Shown here piece by piece: positions 1 through 8,750 of a DNA stretch of 64,000 nt. Origin of the DNA: an uncultured Holophagales bacterium. Its GTDB lineage: Bacteria; Acidobacteriota; Thermoanaerobaculia; Multivoradales; UBA5704. The notes below the pieces were generated by a model. It was not told the DNA's origin and searched no databases. It saw nothing but the letters and a program-made list of their open reading frames with translations. Every line of letters starts with the position of its first letter. Position 1 is the first letter of the stretch. Location of the stretch: the NCBI GenBank assembly GCA_963741305.1, contig CAVUHL010000003.1, forward strand, positions 77,993-141,992. The letters are read 5' to 3'. The translations under genes were made by a program, and so were the position numbers.

Positions 1-105
1 TCAGCCGGGAGTACAAGAGGCTGTTCGGACAGCCCCCCGTCAGGGACGTGGAGCGGCTGCGCGAGGCGGCGAGGAGCTAGGCCGCTGCCCTGTCATCTCA
101 CTCCA

Positions 106-1761
106 TCATCGCACCGGAATCGATTGCGCGTGATGAAAATAGTCGTCCGGATCCCACCGTTCTTTGACCTTGACCAGATTGCGCGGATTCCGTCGAAAGT
201 TGTCCAGGAAATATAGCCAGAGCGCGTGATCGACGTCGCCGCGATCGTGGCTGCCCAGCACCGTGTCGGGATAGTTGTAATAGGCGCCATCGACCGTGCC
301 GGTGGTGTCCCTCGCCGGATCGGGCGTGCCGCCGTATTCCGCATAAACCTCACGGTAAAAGTCGTTGATCCATTGCAGGTGCGCCTCGGCCTGAGCCTGG
401 TAGGGCGGCAGGTAACTCTCGCCCGGCTCCGAGGCGTTGAGCCAGTAGGTCTGGTACTGGAGCTTCATGATGGAGCTGCGCTGCGGCACGGCCGTCGACT
501 CTGATGTCCGCCGGTTGATTGCACCGCCGTAGCTATCCACCTGCAGCAGTGATTGGCTCATGTCGGTAGCAGGAAGGCCGGCCGGCGTGGTGTTCAACCA
601 CTTGTAGATGGCCTCGGCCTGATTGTCCGGGAAGGGCTTCTTCATATAGGCCGACTTGTATTTACCAAACTGATTCGGCCCGGAACCGTTCAGCGTTTGC
701 AGCGCCTCGAGGTAAGTGACGTGCTGCGCCGCGTCGCTGGCCGGCATGGTCGTCATGTAGCCCGGGTGCCCGCCGAGCGGCTTCTGGAGCGCCGCGCTCG
801 GGACGATCTGGTCGAAAAGCATCTTGGCTCGCTGAATGCTCCTCTCTGCCCGCTGACGATGGTCGCCATAATCGATACCGGGGTCAGACACCAACTGCAG
901 GAGCAGGCCAATCTGCCCGTTCGAGACGTGGTTCAATTTCAGGAGGCTGAAGTCGGTATCGGGCATCTCCACGACGAGCTCGGCGTAGGCGGCCAGTAGC
1001 TCGGCGAAGCTGTTCCGGTCGAGATCGGACCAGTTCCAAGCCAATGCACGGATGGTGGCGTGATCCGGCGCGTCGGGAAGCTGGGCAAAGTAGTAGCGCA
1101 CGATGACGCCGAAGTTGCCGCACCCTGCGCCGCACAAGGCCCAGAACAGGTCCCGCTCGTCGCTCGTCGCGCTCTCGGCAGATACGTGACGCAATTCTGC
1201 CTGTCCAACCCTGGCGTCCCATGTCACGATGTCCACGGCGCTCAGGTGATCCACGGTCAAGCCGTGCATCCTCGACAACAATCCGTACCCGCCGCCGGTG
1301 ATATGGCCGCCCGCTCCGACCGAATAGCAGCTACCGGCGGGCAAGGTCTTGTTGAACCCATTCAACAGCGTGCGATACACGGACCAGTTTTCACATCCGG
1401 CATCGACGAAGAAGGCATTGCGCACCGGATCGAACCCCGTCTGGCTCAAAGCAGACATGTCGATGATGGCCCTGGTGCTGCTGTTGTAGACGAAATTCTC
1501 ATAGCAGTGCCGACCCGAGGTGACCCTCACGTCTCTGCCGTGAGCCTTGACGGCGGCCGTCAAACAGTCAGCGACCTGTTCCGGATGCGTCGGGGCGTAC
1601 ACCGATTGCAAGTTGGAGGCGAACCAGCGGCGGTCGAATCCCTGGCGGTCGCTGAGGACAACGGGGCGGCTACCACCGTGCGCGATTGAATGGCTCAAGA
1701 CAGTGCACTCCTTCCCGGGAAACAAACTCGGCGTTCGCTTGAGTGATGTTGTCATATTCAA
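106..1761 (-). CDS. FAD-linked oxidoreductase, berberine-bridge-enzyme (BBE)/vanillyl-alcohol-oxidase-like
   Basis: 551 aa. PCMH-type FAD-binding motifs (GRHCYENF, SVGAGGHITGGGYG) and a BBE-like C-terminus (LVKVKERWDPDDYF). Confidence 0.8.
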   Translation of the reverse strand: MNMTTSLKRTPSLFPGKECTVLSHSIAHGGSRPVVLSDRQGFDRRWFASNLQSVYAPTHPEQVADCLTAAVKAHGRDVRVTSGRHCYENFVYNSSTRAIIDMSALSQTGFDPVRNAFFVDAGCENWSVYRTLLNGFNKTLPAGSCYSVGAGGHITGGGYGLLSRMHGLTVDHLSAVDIVTWDARVGQAELRHVSAESATSDERDLFWALCGAGCGNFGVIVRYYFAQLPDAPDHATIRALAWNWSDLDRNSFAELLAAYAELVVEMPDTDFSLLKLNHVSNGQIGLLLQLVSDPGIDYGDHRQRAERSIQRAKMLFDQIVPSAALQKPLGGHPGYMTTMPASDAAQHVTYLEALQTLNGSGPNQFGKYKSAYMKKPFPDNQAEAIYKWLNTTPAGLPATDMSQSLLQVDSYGGAINRRTSESTAVPQRSSIMKLQYQTYWLNASEPGESYLPPYQAQAEAHLQWINDFYREVYAEYGGTPDPARDTTGTVDGAYYNYPDTVLGSHDRGDVDHALWLYFLDNFRRNPRNLVKVKERWDPDDYFHHAQSIPVR

Positions 1762-1796
1762 CGGCGTGGATTACGACGTGACGGATAGGGCCCCAT

Positions 1797-1830
1797 GTAG
1801 GGGCGGCCCTTGTGGCCGCCCTCCGGGCGC
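1797..1830. repeat. Half-copy of a REP-like GC-rich palindromic element; full copy at 20947-21010
   Basis: gtaggggcggcccttgtggccgccctccgg matches one arm of the palindrome at 20947-21010. Confidence 0.4.
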
Positions 1831-2052
1831 CTGGGAACGCTTTCCGGCTGACCGGGGAACCTTCCGCGGCGATTCGGGAACCTTCCCGGATGATCCGGGC
1901 GGCTGCCCAAGTCATCCGGTGGACCTGCCCCGGTTTTGTGGACAGTTTAGGAATCGGGTCTTCTCCTCTTGTCTTCGGGGGGCCTGGGGGGCAGAGCCCC
2001 CCAGCACCAAGGTCCTACGGAAACGCGTAGCGCGCCTCGACTTAGCTTCATG

Positions 2053-2898
2053 CTAGGCAGCCTTCTTCTGCTTCTCGAACTCGGCCGGGCTCAGATAGCC
2101 AAGCGACGAGTGCCGGCGGTGGAGGTTGTACCAGCCCTCGAGGAACTCGAAGATGGCCCTACGCGCTTCCTCATGGTTTTTGAAACGCCGCCGATCGAGC
2201 AACTCGCACTCCAGCGTCGCAAAGAAGCTCTCGCACATGGCGTTGTCGAAGCAGTCGCCCACCGAGCCCATCGACGGACGCACTCCAGCTTTGCGGCAGC
2301 GTAGTCCAAAGGCGATGGAGGTGTATTGCGTACCCTGGTCGGAGTGGTGAATTACCCCTTTGGGCCGGCGCTGCTCAAGGGCCATGTTGAGAGCCTCCAG
2401 GACCAGTTCGGTGCGCAGATGCGTCGCCATCGACCAGCCCACCACCCGACGGCTCCAGGCATCCAACACCACTGCCAAGTACAGGAAGCCTGCCCAGGTC
2501 GGGATGTAGGTGATGTCGGCTACCCATAGTCGATCCCGGCCCTCGGCCGAGAAGTTTCTTTCCACCAGGTCCGGAGCTGGTCGGACCCTCTTGTCGCTGA
2601 CCGTGGTAGTAGCCCACCGGCGACGGCTGGCTCCCTGCAAGCCCGCTTCGCGCATCAGGCGGGCCACTCGCTTGCGGCCGACTGGGATGCCCGAAGCCAC
2701 GAGCTCGGCGCGAATCCGCGGTGACCCATAGGTCCCGCGGGAGCGTTCATGGATCAACCGGATCTGCTTGAGAAGCTCCTCGTCACTCTCGGCTCGCCGC
2801 GACCGCGGCCGATGCGACCACACGTAGTACCCGCTGGCGGAGACACCCAGCAGGCGACACATCCTCCTGACGCTGTACATGGCCTGGTTGACTCTCAC
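2053..2898 (-). CDS. IS3-family transposase OrfB (DDE integrase core)
   Basis: 281 aa. rve/integrase-core motifs (HSDQGTQYTS, DNAMCESFF); GC content and codon usage match the flanking DNA. Confidence 0.85.
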   Translation of the reverse strand: MRVNQAMYSVRRMCRLLGVSASGYYVWSHRPRSRRAESDEELLKQIRLIHERSRGTYGSPRIRAELVASGIPVGRKRVARLMREAGLQGASRRRWATTTVSDKRVRPAPDLVERNFSAEGRDRLWVADITYIPTWAGFLYLAVVLDAWSRRVVGWSMATHLRTELVLEALNMALEQRRPKGVIHHSDQGTQYTSIAFGLRCRKAGVRPSMGSVGDCFDNAMCESFFATLECELLDRRRFKNHEEARRAIFEFLEGWYNLHRRHSSLGYLSPAEFEKQKKAA

Positions 2899-3212
2899 GA
2901 ATCTGAAGACCTTGGTGGGATCGATCCGGTCTCCCGAGCAAACCAGGCCGCGGCTTTTGACAAGATATCTCGCTCTTCTTGCAGGCGCCGGTTCTCACGC
3001 CGCAAACGGCTCAGCTCCTCACGCTCGACACTCGTCAAACCCTCTTCGCGATGACCCTCCTCCGGATCACTCTGCCGTACCCAAGCCCGGATCGAATCAG
3101 CTGACGGTTCATACTCACGAGACAGGGCTTCCGGCGTGCGGCCAGACCGCACCAAATCTACCATCTGACGTCGGAACTCGAAAGAATACGGGGGTCTACC
3201 TCTTGCCATCAT
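2895..3212 (-). CDS. IS3-family transposase OrfA (HTH/leucine zipper)
   Basis: Likely start is the double ATG at 3212 (MMARGRPPYSFEFRRQMVDL...). The ORF track extends it to 3245. IS3/IS911 OrfA-like HTH plus a zipper (LSRLRRENRRLQEERDIL). It overlaps orfB by 4 nt. Confidence 0.8.
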   Translation of the reverse strand: MMARGRPPYSFEFRRQMVDLVRSGRTPEALSREYEPSADSIRAWVRQSDPEEGHREEGLTSVEREELSRLRRENRRLQEERDILSKAAAWFARETGSIPPRSSDS

Positions 3213-3260
3213 GGAACTCCTTATCCCTAAGGATGACGAGTCCACGAAACCGGGTCAACT

Positions 3261-3960
3261 TCACGGGCAGCTGCCCAAGTCATCCGGGCGGCTGCCCAAG
3301 TCATCCGGGTAGCTGCCCAAGTCGTCCGGGCAGCTGCCCAAATCATCCGGGCGGCTGCCCAAGTCATCCGGGCAGCTGCCCAAGTCGTCCGGGCAGCTGC
3401 CCAAATCATCCGGGCGGCTGCCCAAGTCATCCGGGCAGCTGCCCAAGTCATCCGGGCAGCTGCCCAAGTCATCCGGGTAGCTGCCCAAATCATCCGGGCA
3501 GCTGCCCAAGTCATCCGGGTAGCTGCCCAAGTCGTCCGGGCAGCTGCCCAAATCATCCGGGCGGCTGCCCAAGTCATCCGGGCAGCTGCCCAAGTCGTCC
3601 GGGCAGCTGCCCAAATCATCCGGGCGGCTGCCCAAGTCATCCGGGCGGCTGCCCAAGTCATCCGGGCAGCTGCCCAAGTCATCCGGGCAGCTGCCCAAGT
3701 CATCCGGGCAGCTGCCCAAGTCATCCGGGTAGCTGCCCAAATCATCCGGGCAGCTGCCCAAGTCATCCGGGTAGCTGCCCAAGTCATCCGGGCAGCTGCC
3801 CAAGTCATCCGGGTAGCTGCCCAAATCATCCGGGCAGCTGCCCAAGTCATCCGGGTAGCTGCCCAAGTCATCCGGGTAGCTGCCCAAGTCATCCGGGCAG
3901 CTGCCCAAATCATCCGGGCGGCTGCCCAAGTCATCCGGGCAGCTGCCCAAGTCGTCCGGG
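3261..3960. repeat. Tandem array of about 33 copies of a 21-bp unit (gcNgctgcccaagtcatccgg); orphan unit at 1899-1919 beyond the IS3
   Basis: Perfect 21-bp periodicity seen directly. All six frames are open. The minus frame reads (DDLGSCP)n, in which the aag/aaa and tca/tcg variants are synonymous. Confidence 0.95.
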
Positions 3961-3994
3961 AAGGCCCCCTGCTCAGCCGGTCAGCCTCCCGGCT

Positions 3995-5329
3995 TCAGCG
4001 GCGCGCCCGGTTGAGCGATGCGGCGACTTGACGGGCTAGCTCGGCGGTGGCGGTTTCGCGGCGGGCGGCTTCCTGAAAGAGGAGGAGGGCGGCCATCGGC
4101 TCGCGGGCGACTTCGAGATTACGGAAGACGGTCACCATCTCGTCGGCGAGCTCGCGGACTTCGGCGGTCTTTCCCTCCTGTAAATGAGAGATCGACAGAT
4201 CGAGGGCGGCGAGCGCGGCGTCAAAGGCGTTGCCCTCGTCGAGAAACGTCCGGCGGACCTGGGTCAGAAGCCGGCTGGCCCGTTCGTGATCTCCAAGGCC
4301 GGCGGCTATCCTCCCCTCCACCCAATCCAGGCGGACGCGGTCTTGCGCGCTCCCGTGAGTCGCCGCCAGAGCCTTCAGATCGGGCAGAAGGGCAGCCGCC
4401 TCTCGATGATGGCCGGCCTTGGAGAGGTTGTCCACGAGATTGTGTCGAAGGCAGAGCAGGAGGCGGGGCTCCCGATCGGGGTCGATGAGGCCGTTCGCCT
4501 GCTTCAGGGCCTGAATGGCGGACTCTGTATCGCCCTGCTCGATATGGGCGCCGGCTTTCAGGATGAGGCTTTTGCCGGCGAGGTGCGGATCCCGATGCTC
4601 GCCGTTGAGGAACAGCTCCACGGCATCTGCGAGCAGCTTGAACGCCTCGGGGAAGCGCCGTTGTGCCAAGCGTAGCGAGGCCTTCAGGTCCAGAAGGATG
4701 GGCTCGTAGCCCAGGGCATCCTCGGAGTCCCGGGTTCCCGCCTCCCACCAGGAATCCGCCATGTCGAAGCTCCGCTCGGCTCCAGTGAGGTCGCCCTGCA
4801 CCCGGCGTGCGTTGCCAAGAGCGGCCCAGGCGAGGCTTCGAAGCTGGTAGACCCAGCTCTCCTCGAAAAGGCTGCCCTCCGCGATCCTGTCCGCCACATG
4901 GACCGCGAGGTCAGCAAGGTGGACGGCCTCGAACGGCTCCTGCGGTGCGGTCTTACAGCTTCTGCGGACCAGCAGCTCGCAGAGGCCCCAACTCACGAAA
5001 TGTGGGTTGGAGTGGAGGAGGGCGAGTCGTTCCTCCGGAGCGAGGGGTAGAAGCTCCTCCAGTAGCCGGGGTGCCTCGGCGCGGGACCAGGCGAGGGCGG
5101 CGTCGATGGGTCCGAAGACAGGAGGGAGGGCGTTGGCCTGATGAAGCTCGAGCAGCCAGCCTCCCACCTCTCGGCAGCGGGAACAGACGGCGAGCAGATG
5201 GAAGAGCTGTTCATTCTGCTTCACCGTCCGATCTGTGGCAAGCAGGTGCTCCAAAGTGGCGGCATCGAGATGTCTGTGCTCCACGCAATCCTCCTCTGAG
5301 AGCTTCTTAGCGAGCGGATAATAGCGCAA
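3995..5329 (-). CDS. Cys-motif (HxxxxCxxC) plus TPR-like helical protein; paralog of 28522-29880
   Basis: 444 aa. N-terminal HLLAVCSRC motif (zinc-finger/anti-sigma-like). The rest is long and alpha-helical. Blocks of clear similarity to the 452-aa protein at 28522-29880 (e.g. LLDLKASLRLAQRRFPEAF vs LLDFQASLYCAQRKFPLAF). Confidence 0.7.
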   Translation of the reverse strand: MRYYPLAKKLSEEDCVEHRHLDAATLEHLLATDRTVKQNEQLFHLLAVCSRCREVGGWLLELHQANALPPVFGPIDAALAWSRAEAPRLLEELLPLAPEERLALLHSNPHFVSWGLCELLVRRSCKTAPQEPFEAVHLADLAVHVADRIAEGSLFEESWVYQLRSLAWAALGNARRVQGDLTGAERSFDMADSWWEAGTRDSEDALGYEPILLDLKASLRLAQRRFPEAFKLLADAVELFLNGEHRDPHLAGKSLILKAGAHIEQGDTESAIQALKQANGLIDPDREPRLLLCLRHNLVDNLSKAGHHREAAALLPDLKALAATHGSAQDRVRLDWVEGRIAAGLGDHERASRLLTQVRRTFLDEGNAFDAALAALDLSISHLQEGKTAEVRELADEMVTVFRNLEVAREPMAALLLFQEAARRETATAELARQVAASLNRARR

Positions 5330-5399
5330 GTCGGAAACGGCGGGTAACCGTTGCAGGAAAAATTGGGCCGGTGAGTGGAGCCCGGCCCGTGAGGCTCAT

Positions 5400-5510
5400 T
5401 CAGCCGTTGGGATCGAGGATGGAGCCGTTGTCGCCGTCCGCAGCGAACGTAGGGAAGAGGGAGACGAGGGATAGCAGGGTGTCGAGGAGACGTGAGCCGA
5501 AGCTAGACAT
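5400..5510 (-). CDS. Small peptide gene (36 aa), hydrophobic N-terminus, C-terminal DPNG; immediately upstream of the 444-aa gene
   Basis: Perfect RBS aggagg, 5 nt, then ATG. MSSFGSRLLDTLLSLVSLFPTFAADGDNGSILDPNG. The 29922-30155 peptide upstream of the paralog has an analogous C-terminal (I/L)DPNG. Confidence 0.45.
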   Translation of the reverse strand: MSSFGSRLLDTLLSLVSLFPTFAADGDNGSILDPNG

Positions 5511-5953
5511 TTGAACCTCCTGAGGGTCACACGGCTCCGGCCACCACGGCCGGAGTGGGCGGGCCTCTCAAGAGGAAGTGTGCGGTGCCTTCCCTGGAAG
5601 TGCCCGGGATCGGTGCCATCCTCTTCCTGCTGCCACCTCTCCGGTCGCGAGCCCCGGACACCCTCTGAAGCTGGCAACTTATCCGTCGCGCTACTGACGC
5701 AGAAGCCGCCTTGCTTTCCCCACTCAATGAAAGGGATCTCTCGTTTCTGCAAGAGGATGGCTCAATTGGGGGCATCCGCTTATCCGGCCGCATAAGCGCT
5801 CTGTCGGCTTGCTTATGGACATTCTCTTCCTCGCTCGCATCATGGAGCCTCCGCTGAATCCGTCATTTACGGCTGCCAACCTGATGTGACTTGACGCATA
5901 AGCGCCTTGCCCTGTTCGGTAGGAGAGGAGGCTTATGCGACACCGTGGCTGTG

Positions 5954-5982
5954 TTGACCTGCCCATGGCAAGGGCGTATATT
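5954..5982 (+). promoter_or_regulatory. Sigma70-like promoter (TTGACC, 17 bp, TATATT) with a conserved ~65-nt leader to about 6045; inverted repeats of CGCATAAGCG upstream (5776-5939)
   Basis: -35 TTGACC 5954-5959, -10 TATATT 5977-5982. About 85% identical over ~100 bp to 9699-9790. Confidence 0.6.
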
Positions 5983-6096
5983 CAGCTAAAGCGCAGAAAC
6001 CACGAGTGCATCGACATGTTGCAATTAGTCACCGGGATCGCTGAGTGTCGGTAAGGCGGAAAGTCGGCGAATGTTGAGCGAGCGGTTAGACCTCGT

Positions 6097-7002
6097 GTGC
6101 TGGAACTCGCGTGCTGCCACTGGAGGTTTGCAATGTCAGATCCCAAGGAAGTGGTTAAGTTGAATGGTGACTCCAAGCTAGAGTTGATTCGTGCCAAGGC
6201 TACTTGCCCATTCATTGCAAGCGCAATCGCTGCAGATCTACTGCCCGTTCGCAACAGTGTCGAGAATCCACTTGCCTCCATAGAAGACGTCAGAGCGCTG
6301 GGCAATCGAGATGAGGGTAACCTAGGAGACGTGCTTGCAATGTTTGCTACTGGCAATCATGCTTTTATGCGAGATAGTTCGGGCCAGCTAGTTCACCCAG
6401 TTCCTCATGGGCTGTTCTCATTGGACTTTCCTGATTCACAAGGATCTCACCCAGGCGACAGCGGCATTCTTCAGGGAGATCCTAAACGTCGTGGCCCAGA
6501 CAAATTCAGCGAAATGGACTTTGACAGATTAGCTAAGCGGGCCAAGAACGGGCTTCTCACGCGAGCTGCCGTAGGTGACTTTATTGCGGAAAACGTTCGC
6601 AATGACCCCAATGCTAGGACGATTGGTCGGGATGTGATCGTGCGTATGGGGCATGGCCTTTTTACGCTTTTCGAGGAAGCGATTCCTGCGGCGATTAAGA
6701 GGATAGTAGGCGACCTTCAAGAGGCCAATACCAGACATAGGCGAGCTATACAGCGGTTGACAAAGTTGCTAGCAGAGGACAACCTCGCTGGATCTTCAGG
6801 AGAGTTCGGTCTGCTATTCACGTTGTTGTCCAAGGAGGAAGGAGGCGAGCCTGTTTTGCTCCTAGAAGAGGTGCGCATGATGTTCCAGGATAAGCGCCTA
6901 CCAACTGGCTGGGATCAAGGACGAAAGACTTGGATTGATTGGGCAACACACACCCTTGCGCTTTTAGTCAGTGCGTACAGCAGCTATGAAAAAAACGACT
7001 GA
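6097..7002 (+). CDS. Hypothetical protein (lower-GC gene)
   Basis: 301-aa ORF; likely start MSDPKEVV at 6133. No recognisable motifs. Lies downstream of the conserved promoter/leader. Confidence 0.5.
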   Translation: MLELACCHWRFAMSDPKEVVKLNGDSKLELIRAKATCPFIASAIAADLLPVRNSVENPLASIEDVRALGNRDEGNLGDVLAMFATGNHAFMRDSSGQLVHPVPHGLFSLDFPDSQGSHPGDSGILQGDPKRRGPDKFSEMDFDRLAKRAKNGLLTRAAVGDFIAENVRNDPNARTIGRDVIVRMGHGLFTLFEEAIPAAIKRIVGDLQEANTRHRRAIQRLTKLLAEDNLAGSSGEFGLLFTLLSKEEGGEPVLLLEEVRMMFQDKRLPTGWDQGRKTWIDWATHTLALLVSAYSSYEKND

Positions 7003-7093
7003 GGGTCTAACCCCACGCTCCACCGGACGGCCAACGCACTGACGTGCGTCGTCCGCCGGTGAGCTTTAGGCGTTATGCGCTGCGAGGTTTGAC

Positions 7094-7507
7094 ATGAGGA
7101 CAAAGGTTCTGCTCATCATACTTGCGATCACTTTCGCTTTCTCGATTGGAGGAGTGAGTTTAATTTGGTGCCAAACATCCGACGCGAAGGGACGCGAGGA
7201 GATCCGAACGGAAGTCGTGAAAGCTCTGTTGCAACTCGCAGTCGTGGGCATAATTGGCGGAGTTGTGGCGAGCCTGCTTAAGTCTGTCGAGAGTGATCGC
7301 GCAGACCAAAGTAGGGCGGCAGAGAAAAGGCGCGAGCGATTTCTCATTCTAAGCGGCCTACGAACCGATTACCTGCAGAGGGTAGGTACAGCTTATCGTA
7401 ACACGAAGTTCGCCCGGCGCGCCCTTATCGCCGGTGGACTCAGTGACAGCAATCCAATAGGGGTGCCAACACTAGGTGCCTGGCAAGTGTTAAAGAAGAA
7501 CGTGTAG
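7094..7507 (+). CDS. Hypothetical small membrane protein
   Basis: 137 aa, two hydrophobic segments (LLIILAITFAFSIGGVSLIW; LAVVGIIGGVVASLL). Lower-GC region. Confidence 0.45.
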   Translation: MRTKVLLIILAITFAFSIGGVSLIWCQTSDAKGREEIRTEVVKALLQLAVVGIIGGVVASLLKSVESDRADQSRAAEKRRERFLILSGLRTDYLQRVGTAYRNTKFARRALIAGGLSDSNPIGVPTLGAWQVLKKNV

Positions 7508-7724
7508 TTCTCGCCCGCTCTCTGTCGTAGACAGGTCCCGCAGCGTCTTCCCGGTAGTCTACCGAGTCGTGCGAGCTGCCTGAGCGGGCAGAATCGTTGC
7601 GAAAGCGGACCTTCATCAGCCTGTCAGGAGCTGTTCTCTGCTTTTCGGGCGCACTCTCCCGTCCTGGAGGAAATCCAGTTCCCGAAGAGCTCGACTTGTG
7701 AGGCACGGCAGCTCCGATCGCCGG

Positions 7725-8669
7725 TTACGGCGATACAGTGGCAAACAAACCCACGAACGGCAGGGCCGGCGGGAAGCAGCCGTTGGGGAATCTCGCCAGG
7801 CGGTCTCCAGCCTTCAGCCTTTCCGCTGCCTCACGGAACGCCGCAAGGAAGAGGCCGTAGGCCGCCCTCAGCCCTTGACGGGCATCCTTGCTGGCGGCGT
7901 GGAACAGCGGCGCGGGTGACTTCTTGAGCTTCTTCGGCCGCGTGTGCGGATGCTGGCTCAGGATGGCCTCCGGGCCGAGCGGCTCCCTGCCCGTGAGCTT
8001 CCTTTCCGCCGCGGCGTCGGACTCGATCTCGCGCACCAGCCCCGCCACCAGATCCCGATACACCTCCGGGCTGAGATGACGCCAGCAGGGTAGTTGCGAG
8101 AGCGCGACAGTCTCTTCCGACGGAAAGCTTTCAGGCTTGGAGTCCTTCTTCTTCTTGCGCAGCCGGGCCCGGTACTCCTGGGTGCGATTGAACCAGGTGC
8201 CGTGAATGGGCTCGCCGTCGAGCACGGCCTTGATCATGCTGATGCCGGGCCACTCCTCGACCCGTGCTACGAGTCCATCCTTGACGCCCTGGGCAAGGAC
8301 GTAGCGTAGACGATCGACTTGGGCCGCGGGTTCGTCGCTGACGGGGATCGACGTGTAGCGGTCGGACCAGACCCCGTCCGGCCAGTCCGTCAGGCGACCG
8401 ACCTCGCGCGCCGCGTTGGTCTGGAAGTACCACATGAACTTCGCCATGCTCCTGGCGTCCGGAACCCACAGGAGCAGGTGGTAGTGCGACGAGAGGAATG
8501 AGAAGCCGCAGATCTCGACCGGGTAGAGCCTCTGGGCACGGCCGAGGACACCGAGGAGGATGTCGTCGATCACCGGGTCCGGCCGCAAAAGGTACCGGCC
8601 CTGGTGGGTGCGACAGGTGATTTCAACGAAGGAGCCTTCTTGCGGGATGAAGCGTGGTGGTCTTGACAT
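7725..8669 (-). CDS. HUH (Y1-type) transposase-like protein, IS200/IS605 / REP-associated (RayT-like); copy 1 with C-terminal read-through
   Basis: HuH motif SSHYHLLLWVPD; MAKFMWYFQTNAAREV...VWSDRYTS block. Near-identical to 8751-9590. The TAG stop of copy 2 is GAG here, which extends the ORF to 314 aa. Confidence 0.55.
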   Translation of the reverse strand: MSRPPRFIPQEGSFVEITCRTHQGRYLLRPDPVIDDILLGVLGRAQRLYPVEICGFSFLSSHYHLLLWVPDARSMAKFMWYFQTNAAREVGRLTDWPDGVWSDRYTSIPVSDEPAAQVDRLRYVLAQGVKDGLVARVEEWPGISMIKAVLDGEPIHGTWFNRTQEYRARLRKKKKDSKPESFPSEETVALSQLPCWRHLSPEVYRDLVAGLVREIESDAAAERKLTGREPLGPEAILSQHPHTRPKKLKKSPAPLFHAASKDARQGLRAAYGLFLAAFREAAERLKAGDRLARFPNGCFPPALPFVGLFATVSP

Positions 8670-8750
8670 AGTACCCGTGTAGAGACGGAAAACGGGTCCA
8701 AAATGTCATTCCTGGAAACGCTTCAACATTAGCCCGGCACTTATCGCTGC

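Larger units (their letters stand above)
1920..3262 (-). mobile_element. IS3-family insertion sequence (orfA + orfB) inserted into the 21-bp minisatellite
   Basis: About 1.34 kb. Imperfect terminal inverted repeats ccccggttttgtggaca (1927-1944) and gtccacgaaaccgggt (3240-3255). Units of the 21-bp repeat flank both ends. orfA and orfB overlap in the way typical of -1 frameshift expression. Confidence 0.75.

Noticed and set aside
3261-3960. Possible CRISPR array (regular short repeats)
   Set aside because: The units are contiguous with no unique spacers between them, period 21 bp. The same applies to the 31330-31665 array. No cas genes are present.
2879-4039. 386-aa plus-strand ORF reading the array as (PGSCPSH)n
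   Set aside because: Its 5' part is antisense to the IS3 orfA gene and it has no independent start near the array. This frame has more non-synonymous unit variants than the minus frame. It is most likely an open-frame artefact of a stop-free 21-bp repeat.
4018-5310. Plus-strand ORFs (156, 163, 167 aa) inside the 444-aa gene region
   Set aside because: Antisense, Arg-rich, no motifs. The minus-strand gene has a clear paralog elsewhere in the window.
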